Under the pieces are notes generated by a model that had not been told where the DNA came from, ran no database searches, and was given only the letters and a program-made list of their open reading frames with translations. The translations under genes and the position numbers were made by a program. Shown piece by piece: positions 47,981 through 58,114 of a DNA stretch of 64,000 nucleotides. The stretch is from positions 448,001-512,000 of the forward strand of contig CAXXXD010000001.1 of NCBI GenBank assembly GCA_963663385.2. Direction: 5' to 3'. Numbering within the stretch: position 1 is the first letter of the stretch; each line of letters starts with the position of its first letter. This stretch comes from Oceanispirochaeta sp. GTDB lineage: Bacteria; Spirochaetota; Spirochaetia; DSM-2461.

Positions 47981-49534
47981 TCAGGGAATTGTCTGTATTG
48001 TATTATAACAACTTTCTGTCAGCTGCTCATGGTTTTTCCGGTAGAATTTTATGGCATCCGGAAGAAACCGGATTAGATCCGAGGCTACAAGGCTTTCCGC
48101 CCCCAGCTCCTCGGCGGCCAGATCCCCTGCCAGTCCGTGGAGGAGCACCCCTGTTCGTACCGCATTACCCGTACCGAGCTGTTTTATCAGTCCCATGATA
48201 ATACCGGTTAGAACATCGCCGCTCCCGGCCGTTCCCATTCCGGAATTCCCCGTCATATTAATATATTCCTCTCCTCCGTGAAAGCAGATACGGCTATGGG
48301 GGCCCTTATAAACAGTAATGGCATTATAACTGTTTTCAATTGTACTATTATCGGACAGTTTTGCCAGAAGGGCTCTCTGCTCCCCCTTATGAGGGGTCAG
48401 AATTGTAGCTTCCCTGCGCTTTGAAGCCAGTGCCGGGTCTTCTGCCAGAACTGACAGGGCATCCGCATCAATCAGAAGAGGAGCCGGAATCCGGGGAATC
48501 AGTTCCTTTATAAGCTCCCGGGTTTGAGGGTTTCTCGTTATTCCCGGTCCGAGAATAACCGCATCATGACTTTTAGCCAACTCCAGAATCTTCTGAAGGT
48601 TGGAGGGATGGATGCTTCCGGCGCCGGTTGATTCAAGGGGTTCCAGAACTGCCTCGGTACAGAGCGAGGAAAAGGGAACCGCCATATAATCCGGAATGGC
48701 TGCCGTGACAAAACCGGCTCCGCTTCGAAAGATGGCATTGGCAGCCAAAGCCGGTGCTCCGAAGTAGTTAGATCCGCCCCCGATAAGCAGTATTTTACCA
48801 AACGAGTGTTTATATCCTTCGGGATCCCGTTCGGGAAGGGGAGGGGGCAGATTTATCTCTTTAGTATAGGTTTTACAGTTGTAATACTCGGGAGGAAAGG
48901 ATATATGAGAGCAGTAGAGTTTTCCCTGACGGGCAAATCCCGGATAGAGTACATTTCCCCATTTGGGATTTCCGAAAGTAATGCAGGCTTTTGCCGTAAC
49001 CGCTTCTCCGGAGATTTCACCGTTTCCTCCCTGTACACCGGAGGGTATATCTACTGACAGGACCGGTTTTCCGGATTTGTTGATAAAACGGATGATATTC
49101 CGACTGATACCTTCGACAGGCCGGTTCAGGCCGGTGCCGAATAAAGCATCTATCAGATACCCGGCCTGTCCTATCAGCTTTTCTGCCTGATCCATATCCG
49201 GGTTGACCAGCAGAGGAAGGGGTAGATTCTTCAAAATCTTCAAATTCTGTTCTGATACCGTGGAAAATCTTTCCAGGGAACCGAAGATCAGTACAGAAAG
49301 GGGTAAATTCAAAGAATGGATCTTTCTCGCCAGAGCCAGACCATCTCCGCCATTGTTCCCGGTACCGCATATAACTACGCCGCCCTGTTTCTGTAGAAAT
49401 GGATCTATTTCCTTTAACAGTACATTTAAAACGGCTGAAGCCGCATTCTCCATCAGCACCGCATCTGGAATTCCCAGTTCTTCAATGGCTGCTTGATCAA
49501 GATCCCGCATTTCTGCAGGAGACAGAATTTTCAT
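47981..49534 (-). CDS. nnr: Bifunctional NAD(P)H-hydrate epimerase/dehydratase
   Basis: LMENAA, GTGNNGGDG, DALFGTG, VDIPSG; GPGI, DADAL, TPHKGE, GTAGSGDVLTG, HGLAGD. Confidence 0.94.
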   Translation of the reverse strand: MKILSPAEMRDLDQAAIEELGIPDAVLMENAASAVLNVLLKEIDPFLQKQGGVVICGTGNNGGDGLALARKIHSLNLPLSVLIFGSLERFSTVSEQNLKILKNLPLPLLVNPDMDQAEKLIGQAGYLIDALFGTGLNRPVEGISRNIIRFINKSGKPVLSVDIPSGVQGGNGEISGEAVTAKACITFGNPKWGNVLYPGFARQGKLYCSHISFPPEYYNCKTYTKEINLPPPLPERDPEGYKHSFGKILLIGGGSNYFGAPALAANAIFRSGAGFVTAAIPDYMAVPFSSLCTEAVLEPLESTGAGSIHPSNLQKILELAKSHDAVILGPGITRNPQTRELIKELIPRIPAPLLIDADALSVLAEDPALASKRREATILTPHKGEQRALLAKLSDNSTIENSYNAITVYKGPHSRICFHGGEEYINMTGNSGMGTAGSGDVLTGIIMGLIKQLGTGNAVRTGVLLHGLAGDLAAEELGAESLVASDLIRFLPDAIKFYRKNHEQLTESCYNTIQTIP

Positions 49535-49812
49535 TTTATCAATTTTGGCTCAGTTCCCGAATACTGGAAAATTTCAGATTGTACCCACATGAAGTTTTTA
49601 TTTTCCGTAGGAACAAGAAACTGGGATGTTTCAACATTTGACTCATCTTCTGCAATAATGGTTACATCCTTAACAGCAAGAACAGGATAATCCTTGTCTG
49701 AGTGAAAATTCTTGGCAATTTTCATATACTCGGAAGATATATAGGGAAAGAAGTCTTTTCTTTGTTTTGTATAGTCTTCTCGTATTCTTACATAGAACAA
49801 ACCGGTTCTCAT
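49531..49812 (-). CDS. Small hypothetical protein coupled to nnr
   Basis: ATG 49812 after GGGAG; ATGA overlap with the nnr start. Confidence 0.65.
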   Translation of the reverse strand: MRTGLFYVRIREDYTKQRKDFFPYISSEYMKIAKNFHSDKDYPVLAVKDVTIIAEDESNVETSQFLVPTENKNFMWVQSEIFQYSGTEPKLIK

Positions 49813-49889
49813 TTTATTGCTCCCAAAATTCTCTAATTTGCCATTATTATACAAGAAGTCTAAAGTTTTAGCTTGTTTTTTTTTAAATA

Positions 49890-51689
49890 TTAACTGCTAA
49901 TTTCGGGTTTAGGTTCCGTATTTGAAGTTTCTGCCGGATTCTCCGGAGTTTCCTGACTATCTTGAACCGGTTCCGGATCGGCGGAAGCTTTCATGATCTG
50001 AATAATCTCCCTACCTGCTCTCTGCCGCAGCTTGACATAGAGAGTTTTATTAACAGAATCATAGACCCAGCCGTCAGAATACCGTTGAAAACGGGGATCG
50101 CTCTTCCAGCGGATCCCGTGCAGCAGGATACGGTCAAAGGGGTCGATACCGCTGATAATTATATGATGAATCTGCCCTTTGGGATATACGAGATCTATAC
50201 TGACAGATTCGTTATCAGAATTAATCCGGGTATCTTCCGCTGCAGTAAAAAGCCAGCTGCCGGCTCCCTCCTGATTTGAGAGATCAATTATCCGGGGATT
50301 GAAATCTCTGTTGAAAAAGCTGCTGTAAATATCTTCCGGTCTCAGGAAACCTTCTCCCTGAGATGCCCTTTCTCTTGAAAAAGTAATACGGGCAGGCAGA
50401 AATCCGTTCTCATCCGCTTTGGCCAGAACGCTTATCAGGATTTTCTGTCCAATCCGGATAAGTTGGTTACTACCGGTGATCTCCCCCGCTTTAATCAGCA
50501 TATCAGCGGCCTGGATATTCTGGGTCGAGTAGCATACGGGATTTTCCGGATGGAAGAGAAAAAGTCCCTCTTCAAGCCATACAATCAGGGGGTAGAGGTT
50601 CTCTTCAACCCAGGCTTCAATATCCAGCTCTTCTCCATTGTTTAATAAGGCGGCGAGCTCAAGAATCTCCCTATATGGGGGGGCTTCCGGATTTCCTTCC
50701 AACTGGAAGGTGTTTAACTGTCTTAGAAGCTGGATCGGGTTACCCCGCAGCAGAGGAGCTCCCCTGTTAACGATGTCCCCAGTAAAAGGAGCCGAATACC
50801 AACTGAGTCTGGAACTGTTTTTTTCTGCCGCTTTTAAGAGATCCGGCAGGAGAAGGGAGTACTCGCCCTGTTTTAAGGCTTCGCTGATTTCGCAGACAAG
50901 GATTTTTTCGTCAAAACTGGAGTTCCCGTCCGGTAGAGCCCATGTTCCCAGGTTTTTGTCAAAACGGGATTTCCATCCGTTATAAGAAGCCGCTATAAAC
51001 CGGGCAAGGAGCTCTTCGTACTCCTTCTCTGTTGATTCTTCTTTTGTGAGCCATTCCCGGACTGTTCTTCCCAGGCCGGGGGCTTCATCTTCCAGGGCCA
51101 GAGTTGCCGTTGTCCTGTCTACCATGGATATGGTAAGTATTTTACTCTTTGGATTGAATGAAAAATCCTGATTCATATTCAGAAAAAAAGAGCTGGTTCC
51201 ATCCGTCAGCATATACCGGTTTTCTTCATCTGCGGTTAATTGAAAAGGCTGCAATGTGTCTGTTTGAATTTGAAGTTCTTTAATGGGGGGGCGCGTCTTG
51301 GGAATTGTGAATTCCAGGGAGCTGTCATTGCTGACCGGATCGCTGGATATTCTGATGGATGTATCGTACTTGAAGGAGAGGAGAAGAGTGTTCTCATCCC
51401 GACTGATGTCCTGAATTTGTAGATTCCTCCTTATTCCATCTTCACTTATCATTGTGAGAGGGGCAGAGGCAGAAAAATTGACAGCCAGTCCATTGCTCAT
51501 TACGGTGAGTTTGGAAATCTGCTGCGGTTTAATACCACGGCCCTTTGTCATTGTTCCGTAGTATGAGACATTCTTCATTTGTCTGGAAAATTCTTCAAAT
51601 TGAGAAAAATGCAGAAATAAAAATACTAATATCAATAGGGCATATAGAACAGGGATGAATAATAATCCCGAACCTGTTTTTCTTTCCAT
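49890..51689 (-). CDS. Membrane-anchored periplasmic hypothetical protein
   Basis: N-terminal TM helix; 599-aa ORF; promoter TTGCTT-17-TACTAT lies 9 nt before the ATG. Confidence 0.75.
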   Translation of the reverse strand: MERKTGSGLLFIPVLYALLILVFLFLHFSQFEEFSRQMKNVSYYGTMTKGRGIKPQQISKLTVMSNGLAVNFSASAPLTMISEDGIRRNLQIQDISRDENTLLLSFKYDTSIRISSDPVSNDSSLEFTIPKTRPPIKELQIQTDTLQPFQLTADEENRYMLTDGTSSFFLNMNQDFSFNPKSKILTISMVDRTTATLALEDEAPGLGRTVREWLTKEESTEKEYEELLARFIAASYNGWKSRFDKNLGTWALPDGNSSFDEKILVCEISEALKQGEYSLLLPDLLKAAEKNSSRLSWYSAPFTGDIVNRGAPLLRGNPIQLLRQLNTFQLEGNPEAPPYREILELAALLNNGEELDIEAWVEENLYPLIVWLEEGLFLFHPENPVCYSTQNIQAADMLIKAGEITGSNQLIRIGQKILISVLAKADENGFLPARITFSRERASQGEGFLRPEDIYSSFFNRDFNPRIIDLSNQEGAGSWLFTAAEDTRINSDNESVSIDLVYPKGQIHHIIISGIDPFDRILLHGIRWKSDPRFQRYSDGWVYDSVNKTLYVKLRQRAGREIIQIMKASADPEPVQDSQETPENPAETSNTEPKPEISS

Positions 51690-51807
51690 AACGCCCGAAT
51701 AGTATCAGCAGGAATCTAAAAAAGCAACCTTGTCCAAACGGAGCTCCATGGGTATATTTAACACACCGTATATTCAGTTAAGAAAGCAATCTCTTTAAGG
51801 AGACAAT

Positions 51808-53235
51808 ATGTTCGATAGTTTTTTCCGCTTCAGAAGCCTTTTGGTTTCTGCAGTCTTAATAACAATTCTGTTCGGAGGATGTTCTACGGTTTCCGAAAAA
51901 CCCGAGGGAGAGGGCATAACTCCAGAAACAGCAGGGAATCAGGTCGTGGAACAGCCGGAGGAGCAGGTTCCGGAGGAGACGATTACCCTGGCGGAAAAAC
52001 TGTCTACCGTGCAATCCGTTGATGATATTGATCAGGCGCTGGCTGTTCTTGAGGGAGCAGAGAGCCTGACAATAGAAGAGCAGATCCTCAAGGCTTCTCT
52101 GGAAATTGCAGAACAGAAACTGACGGAAGCCGGCCGGACTCTTGATTCTGTATTAAAGGAAGAGCCGGAAAATGCAGATGCCATTTATACTCTGGCCTTA
52201 CTGAGGGATGCGGAAGGTAATGGTGACGGCCGGGATCTTAATTTGAAAAAGGCCCTGTCTTTTGATCCTGCCCACAGTGATTCTCTTATTTTTCAGGGAA
52301 TGATTTTTCTTGGAAACAGGGATTATAGCCATGCTGATTCCAACTTTTCCAAAGTTCTGAAAACACAGCCGAATAATTTTCTGGCTCTTTCCGGGGCTGC
52401 CACGGTTCAGATGAACCTGGACAACCTGGATAAATCCATTGAACTGCTGGATCGGGCTATTGAGCTTGAGCCCGAATATGCCTACCTCTATGTAGACCGG
52501 GCCAGGGCATGGAAAGGATTGAAGAAGTACGGTAAAGCAGAAGATAATCTGACAGAGGCTATCAGGCTGGAGCCGGATATGGAGTGGCACTACCTTGATC
52601 GTGCCAGAATCAGAATCCAGTACTTTCATGATCTGGAGGGTGCCTGGGAGGATCTGACAGAACTGGACCGTCTGAACCCTGATAACTTTTTTGCCCATGT
52701 CTATATGGCCGGAATTCTGGATGACTGGGGCAGGTATGAGGACGCAGAGGAGTACTACCTTAAAATAATCGCTGCCCGTCCGAATTACGGATTTGCCCAT
52801 GAACCGCTGGCAAAAATAGCCTATATGGATGGCCGTTATGATGACGCCAAAAACCATTTCCTCCGGGCCTATGATTTTGAACAGAGAGACTTCTCTTACC
52901 TGCTGGCTGCTGCTATCTGTATGGAAAAGATGAATGACAGGCGGTCTGCGGAAAAAATGCTGAAAGAACTGGCCCCAAGGGTTCCCCGGGGAACTCTGGA
53001 ATATGAAATGTTCCGATACTACCTGTCTCCCGGTTCGGACTTCTTCATCATGGATAAGATCAAGAAGGAAGAGAATGAGGATCTTCAGAGCAGGATGTAT
53101 TTTTACCTGGGAGCCCGTTATGATCTGAACGGGTTGAGGCAGAGCGCTTTGGCTGCCTACGGAAATGTTATGGAAAAGAGTGATTTTTTTGAATCGGATC
53201 TGGCCGGATGGGAATTGAACCGGCCCGCTCAATAG
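51808..53235 (+). CDS. Tetratricopeptide-repeat lipoprotein
   Basis: Lipobox LFGGC; multiple TPR-like units (A...L..AI.L.P); AAGGAG RBS. Confidence 0.85.
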   Translation: MFDSFFRFRSLLVSAVLITILFGGCSTVSEKPEGEGITPETAGNQVVEQPEEQVPEETITLAEKLSTVQSVDDIDQALAVLEGAESLTIEEQILKASLEIAEQKLTEAGRTLDSVLKEEPENADAIYTLALLRDAEGNGDGRDLNLKKALSFDPAHSDSLIFQGMIFLGNRDYSHADSNFSKVLKTQPNNFLALSGAATVQMNLDNLDKSIELLDRAIELEPEYAYLYVDRARAWKGLKKYGKAEDNLTEAIRLEPDMEWHYLDRARIRIQYFHDLEGAWEDLTELDRLNPDNFFAHVYMAGILDDWGRYEDAEEYYLKIIAARPNYGFAHEPLAKIAYMDGRYDDAKNHFLRAYDFEQRDFSYLLAAAICMEKMNDRRSAEKMLKELAPRVPRGTLEYEMFRYYLSPGSDFFIMDKIKKEENEDLQSRMYFYLGARYDLNGLRQSALAAYGNVMEKSDFFESDLAGWELNRPAQ

Positions 53236-53243
53236 GGATCTCC

Positions 53244-54467
53244 ATGAGCAATACTTCAACACAGGATGTTATAATGACAGTTAGCAATGAGAGCGATACG
53301 GTTACCCGGATTCAGCTGGGTGAACGGGAAATTATATTGATGGGCACCGCCCATGTCTCCAGTGAGAGTGTGGAACAGGTTGCCGAAGCAATCCGTCAGG
53401 AAAGCCCTGATCGGGTATGCGTCGAAATCGACTCGGGACGCTATCAGTCCCTTACACAGAAAGACAACTGGCAGCAGATGAATCTGAACAAGGTTTTCAG
53501 GGAGAAAAAGGGATTTCTTCTCCTTGCAAACCTGGTTCTGTCCTCTTTTCAGAGAAAGGTCGGTATGAACTCGGGTGTGAAACCCGGGGAAGAGATGAAA
53601 AAGGCTGTAGAAGTTGCGACAGAACTGAATATCCCTTTTTCTTTCAGCGACCGGCCGGTACAGATAACCCTTCAGAGAGCCTGGGCCAGGAGCAATTTCT
53701 GGAATAAAATGAAACTGCTGGCTTCACTGATCAGTTCCGTTTTTTCAAAAGAGGAAGTGGATGCGGAAGAAGTGGAAGCGTTGAAACAGAAAGGCGCTCT
53801 GGAAGATATGATGGGAGAGTTGGCTGACTATCTGCCCACTGTTAAATCCGTTCTGATCGATGAAAGGGATCAGTTTCTGGCAACGAATATCTATAAGGCC
53901 AGGGGAAACAAGGTCCTGGCTGTAGTCGGGGCCGGTCATATGGCAGGTATGGTGGAATGGATCCGGAATCTTTCGGAAAACAGGGTCAGCGACGATCTGA
54001 GTGAGATTTCCAAACTTCCTCCAAAAAAGTTTGGCAGTAAAATTCTGCCCTGGGTTATACCAGTATTTATTCTCTGTATTATCACAGCCGGTTTTATTAC
54101 TTCAGGTGTGGATCTGGGTGTGCGGATGCTGGTTATCTGGATTCTCTCCAACGGTACCCTGGCTGCACTGGGAACTCTTCTGGCTCTTGGCCATCCTCTG
54201 ACTATACTGGGCTCTTTCCTGGCGGCGCCTATTACCAGTATGAATCCGACAATCGGTGTGGGAATGGTTTCGGGCATTATGGAGTACTTTTTCCGGAAAC
54301 CCCGGGTGGAAGATATGGAAAAACTGCAGGATGACGCTACAACATTGAAGGGCTGGTACAGAAACCGGATTTCAAGGGTTCTGCTTGTTTTCTTTTTCTC
54401 ATCCCTGGGCAGTTCCATCGGAACGTTTTACGCCCTTCCCCGGATTTCCCTGCTGCTCGGGGGCTGA
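53244..54467 (+). CDS. TraB/PrgY (GumN-related) family protein
   Basis: GTAHVS, PDRVCVEID, KPGEEM, DRPVQITLQRAW, LIDERD, AVVGAGH; C-terminal TM helices. Confidence 0.9.
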   Translation: MSNTSTQDVIMTVSNESDTVTRIQLGEREIILMGTAHVSSESVEQVAEAIRQESPDRVCVEIDSGRYQSLTQKDNWQQMNLNKVFREKKGFLLLANLVLSSFQRKVGMNSGVKPGEEMKKAVEVATELNIPFSFSDRPVQITLQRAWARSNFWNKMKLLASLISSVFSKEEVDAEEVEALKQKGALEDMMGELADYLPTVKSVLIDERDQFLATNIYKARGNKVLAVVGAGHMAGMVEWIRNLSENRVSDDLSEISKLPPKKFGSKILPWVIPVFILCIITAGFITSGVDLGVRMLVIWILSNGTLAALGTLLALGHPLTILGSFLAAPITSMNPTIGVGMVSGIMEYFFRKPRVEDMEKLQDDATTLKGWYRNRISRVLLVFFFSSLGSSIGTFYALPRISLLLGG

Positions 54468-54481
54468 AGCCAGTCCCTTGA

Positions 54482-54522
54482 CCTCCCTCTAACCCTCTCC
54501 AGAAGAGGGGGCCACGGGGAGG
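54482..54522. repeat. Nested hairpin between convergent traB and radA
   Basis: CCTCCC..CCCTCT-ccaga-AGAGGG..GGGAGG. Confidence 0.45.
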
Positions 54523-54532
54523 CCCTGAATCT

Positions 54533-55906
54533 TTATCCTTTGGAGGGAGTAAACACCTTCCGGATACTCTCTTTAATATCTGTTGCGATAATGGGGGCTT
54601 GACCTTTCCATTCCTCACCTTCGGGGGGGAGTTTGGGAAGGAGTATTCTTTTGAAGCCCATCTCTCCTGCTGCGTTCATCCGTTTTTTCAGGTGGGATAC
54701 CGGACGAATTTCACCGGTCAGGCTCATCTCCCCCAGGGCTATCAGATCGGCGGGCAGGGAAATCCCTGTACGGGCGGAGTAAATTGCCAGAGCTAAAGGA
54801 AGTTCCATCCCTATTTCGGCAATCTTCATGCCTCCGGCCACATTAATATAGATATCCTGATCGGAAAAGCGGATCCCGGCGTGTTTTTCCATAATGGCAG
54901 CCAGACGGGAGATCCTTCCCGATTCAATTCTGTCTGAAAAAATCCGTGATACAGCGCCCTTGGCCGGAACTGTTAGAGCCTGAATTTCTACAAGAAGAAC
55001 ACGGGATCCTTCAAAAACCGGAGCTACAGCTATACCGGGAGGAAAAATACCGTCCCGGTCTTCCAGGAACAGTCCTTCCGGGTTCCCCACCTGTTTCAAC
55101 CCGTCCGATTCCATTCGGAAGAGGCCTATCTCATCAACCGAACCAAAACGGTTTTTAGTGGACCTCAGTACCCGCAGGTCATTTCCTGTATGATCGAAAT
55201 AGAGAACAGTGTCCACCATATGCTCAATGACTTTTGGACCGGCTATGGAGCCTTCCTTGGTGACATGAGCTACCAGGAAAAGCACGGACCCGCTCTCCCG
55301 GGCCCAGTTGATCAGTTCAAAGCAGCCGTACTTCAATTGATTCACCGTACCGGGGACCAGTCCCTGAGTGGGAGAGTGAAGGGTTTGAATGGAATCAATT
55401 ATAACCATAGCCGGTTTTCGGTCTTTCAGAACATTCAGTATCTCCTCAATGCCTGATTCGCAGAATACGGTCAGATTTTCATCATTAACATTCAGCCTGT
55501 CTGCCCGGATTTTGATCTGCCCGGGGGACTCCTCTCCTGATATATAGAGAACTTCTCCGTTACGGCAGGACTCCCGGGCAATCTGAAGCATCATGGTGGA
55601 TTTTCCGATTCCCGGTTCCCCTCCAAGGAGAATCGAGGATCCGGACACGAGACCGCCTCCCAGCACCTGATCGGCCTCCTGTATTCCGCAGGTGACCCGG
55701 GCAGCCGAGTCAGCTTCAATTTTCTGTATGGATTGAGGTTCTGTCGTCTTTCTGACCTGTCCGGCAGGGGAGACAGAAGGAGCGTGAATGGTCTGTTCCC
55801 GGAAGGTATTCCACTCTCCGCAACCGGGACAGTGCCCCAGCCACTTTGGTTCCTCATGGCCGCATCCGGTGCAGAAAAATACGGTTTTACTCTTTGATTT
55901 GGCCAT
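54533..55906 (-). CDS. radA: DNA repair protein RadA/Sms
   Basis: CTGCG..W.G.CPGC zinc finger, GEPGIGKST, IDSIQT, KNRFG. Confidence 0.97.
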   Translation of the reverse strand: MAKSKSKTVFFCTGCGHEEPKWLGHCPGCGEWNTFREQTIHAPSVSPAGQVRKTTEPQSIQKIEADSAARVTCGIQEADQVLGGGLVSGSSILLGGEPGIGKSTMMLQIARESCRNGEVLYISGEESPGQIKIRADRLNVNDENLTVFCESGIEEILNVLKDRKPAMVIIDSIQTLHSPTQGLVPGTVNQLKYGCFELINWARESGSVLFLVAHVTKEGSIAGPKVIEHMVDTVLYFDHTGNDLRVLRSTKNRFGSVDEIGLFRMESDGLKQVGNPEGLFLEDRDGIFPPGIAVAPVFEGSRVLLVEIQALTVPAKGAVSRIFSDRIESGRISRLAAIMEKHAGIRFSDQDIYINVAGGMKIAEIGMELPLALAIYSARTGISLPADLIALGEMSLTGEIRPVSHLKKRMNAAGEMGFKRILLPKLPPEGEEWKGQAPIIATDIKESIRKVFTPSKG

Positions 55907-55914
55907 GAATCAGT

Positions 55915-56904
55915 TTATTGAAAGTCGATCAGTTCGATATCGAATATCAGCCAGGCATCGGGAGGGATGGGGCCGTAACCTTTGGATCCGTAGGCCAGCT
56001 CAGGGGGAAGCAGGATGGTTCTCTGTTCACCCGGCTGCATGCTGAGGGCCGTTTCCACCCAGCCCGGAATCACTCCGTCCTCTCCCAGAGTAAAAGAGAA
56101 GGGTTCGCCTCTCAGGTAGGAATTATCAAACTCCTGTCCGGAAAGAAGGCGCCCTGAGTAGTGCATCTGAACGGTATTTCCGGGGCGGGGATTTCCGCCC
56201 TTTCCTTCCTTGTGCACCTTGTAATAGATTCCGGTTTCACTCTTTTGTACCCCTTCGCCGAGAGAGACCAGTATTTCGGCGACAACCGGGTATTTGCGGG
56301 CGAACTCCTCCCGGCTTTTTTCTCTGGCATCTTCTATCAGGGCTGCTACGCTGTTTCTGTCGGGCTGAAAAGCCTCCGCTTCTGCTCCGATTCTGAGAAT
56401 TTCAATTTTTGCTTTACTATTTTCCCTGATTTTACCCAGGACTTCCTGACCCTGGATAATTTTGGCAAAAGCAGTATATTTACTGTCCAGAAAAGCATCC
56501 CCCCCAATGAGAATCATAAACCGGCTGCCATGGTCTTCTCCCTGGCGGGAGGCCATGGTAATCGCACCCGGAGTCCCATTGGAATACTGTCCCCCGTTTT
56601 CCCGGGGAAAGGTATAATCTCCTTTTCCGTTGTCTTCCGCTTCTCCGGAGAAGAGAGCGTAACCGGGTATGACTTTATAGAATGAGAGATCCTCATAGGA
56701 GGACGTTTCCGTTTTATCTTCCGCATTGGCTACGAAGTTTGAAACGGTTAAAGGCAGATTTTCATAATCCAGCTGGAAAAGCAGATCGCCCTTGGCAGTG
56801 GATATTTTTGCATAAACCCCGTCGCTTAAAGCAGCCGTTTCTTCAGATGCCAGCATAAACATACCGGCAGTCAGAGTGATGAGGGTTAAAAGGATTCGTT
56901 TCAT
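55915..56904 (-). CDS. Cyclophilin-FKBP fusion PPIase, paralog with a degenerate cyclophilin domain
   Basis: Signal peptide; PLTVSNFV, FYKVIPGY; C-terminal HYSGRL..FDNS, VIPGW, PPELAYG, LIFDIEL. Confidence 0.88.
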   Translation of the reverse strand: MKRILLTLITLTAGMFMLASEETAALSDGVYAKISTAKGDLLFQLDYENLPLTVSNFVANAEDKTETSSYEDLSFYKVIPGYALFSGEAEDNGKGDYTFPRENGGQYSNGTPGAITMASRQGEDHGSRFMILIGGDAFLDSKYTAFAKIIQGQEVLGKIRENSKAKIEILRIGAEAEAFQPDRNSVAALIEDAREKSREEFARKYPVVAEILVSLGEGVQKSETGIYYKVHKEGKGGNPRPGNTVQMHYSGRLLSGQEFDNSYLRGEPFSFTLGEDGVIPGWVETALSMQPGEQRTILLPPELAYGSKGYGPIPPDAWLIFDIELIDFQ

Positions 56905-56927
56905 ATAGGGTCTCTCCATATCTCGTA

Positions 56928-57959
56928 TTAGAAATCCAGCAGTTCTATCTCAAAAACCAGCCAGGCATTGGGAGGAATCACGCCGCCGGCTCCGCGGCTG
57001 CCGTATGCCAGCTCGGGAGGAAGGATGATCGTTCTCTTTTCGCCTTTTTTCATATCCAGGAGGGTTTCGTCCCAACCGGAAATAACCTGTCCGACACCAA
57101 CCTGCACATCAAAGGGCTGCCCTCTCTGAACGGAGCTGTCAAAAACCTTTCCGTCCATAAACATACCAGTGTAGTGGGCTGTTACCTTTGTTCCGACAGA
57201 GGGTTTGTTTCCGGAGCCTTCCTTCTCGATTATATAGCGGATTCCGGAATCACTTACCTGAGCATCGGGCCATTTAACTTTGATCTCATCCAGAACGGTT
57301 TTCTGAGCCTCTTCCATAGCTGTTCTCGCTGCGGCTGCCTGTTCGGCCTGAAAGGTGTCAAAAGCATCCTGATCATTCCGGAAGGCTTCCGCCCTGGCGC
57401 CGACACGGATAATTTCTACGGTCTTTATGGTATCGTTCTGTTTGATCTTGTCTACCACATCCTGACCTTCCACAACCGTGCCGAAGATGGTGTGTTTTCC
57501 CTGCAGCCAGGGAGTTTCCACATGGGTGATAAAAAACTGACTGCCGTTGGTACCGGGTCCGGCATTGGCCATGGCCAGCTTGCCGGGACCGTCGAACACG
57601 AGGGAATCGGCGATTTCATCACCGAATTTGTACCCGGGACCGCCTGTTCCGTTCCCCTGGGGATCTCCGCCCTGGATCATGAAATTGTCGATAACACGGT
57701 GAAATTTCAGACCATCGTAGAAGGGACCCTCTTTTACGGGGGTGTCCATTTTCCCTTCGGCCAGCCCGGTAAAGTTAATTACTGTCATGGGGGTTTTTTC
57801 ATATTCCAGAGAGATCAGAATCTCACCCCTGTTTGTATCGATCAGAGCGTATAGGCCATCGCTCAAGTTGCTTCTGTCTGCTGCGCAAGCACTCATAATA
57901 GTTGATATGAGCAGCATTCCTGATATGAGATTTTTTTTCCCGAATAAGGGCTTACTCAT
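56928..57959 (-). CDS. Cyclophilin-FKBP fusion PPIase (lipoprotein)
   Basis: Lipobox-like [67 protein letters not shown]. Confidence 0.93.
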   Translation of the reverse strand: MSKPLFGKKNLISGMLLISTIMSACAADRSNLSDGLYALIDTNRGEILISLEYEKTPMTVINFTGLAEGKMDTPVKEGPFYDGLKFHRVIDNFMIQGGDPQGNGTGGPGYKFGDEIADSLVFDGPGKLAMANAGPGTNGSQFFITHVETPWLQGKHTIFGTVVEGQDVVDKIKQNDTIKTVEIIRVGARAEAFRNDQDAFDTFQAEQAAAARTAMEEAQKTVLDEIKVKWPDAQVSDSGIRYIIEKEGSGNKPSVGTKVTAHYTGMFMDGKVFDSSVQRGQPFDVQVGVGQVISGWDETLLDMKKGEKRTIILPPELAYGSRGAGGVIPPNAWLVFEIELLDF

Positions 57960-58114
57960 ACTTCCTCCTGTGTTTGGTATTCTGTTAAGGTAAACACCCC
58001 GGCAGGTAAAATGTTACATGTACCGGACTGTCTATCAGAGCATAACACTAATAGAAGGTTGAATCAATTCTGAAGATTCAGACAGATATGTATAGAAAAC
58101 AGAGGGAGCTAATA

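Noticed and set aside
58022..58090. Possible riboswitch or operator before the EamA gene (TGAATC-N9-GATTCA)
   Set aside because: It is only a short inverted repeat, with no recognisable aptamer consensus or expression platform.
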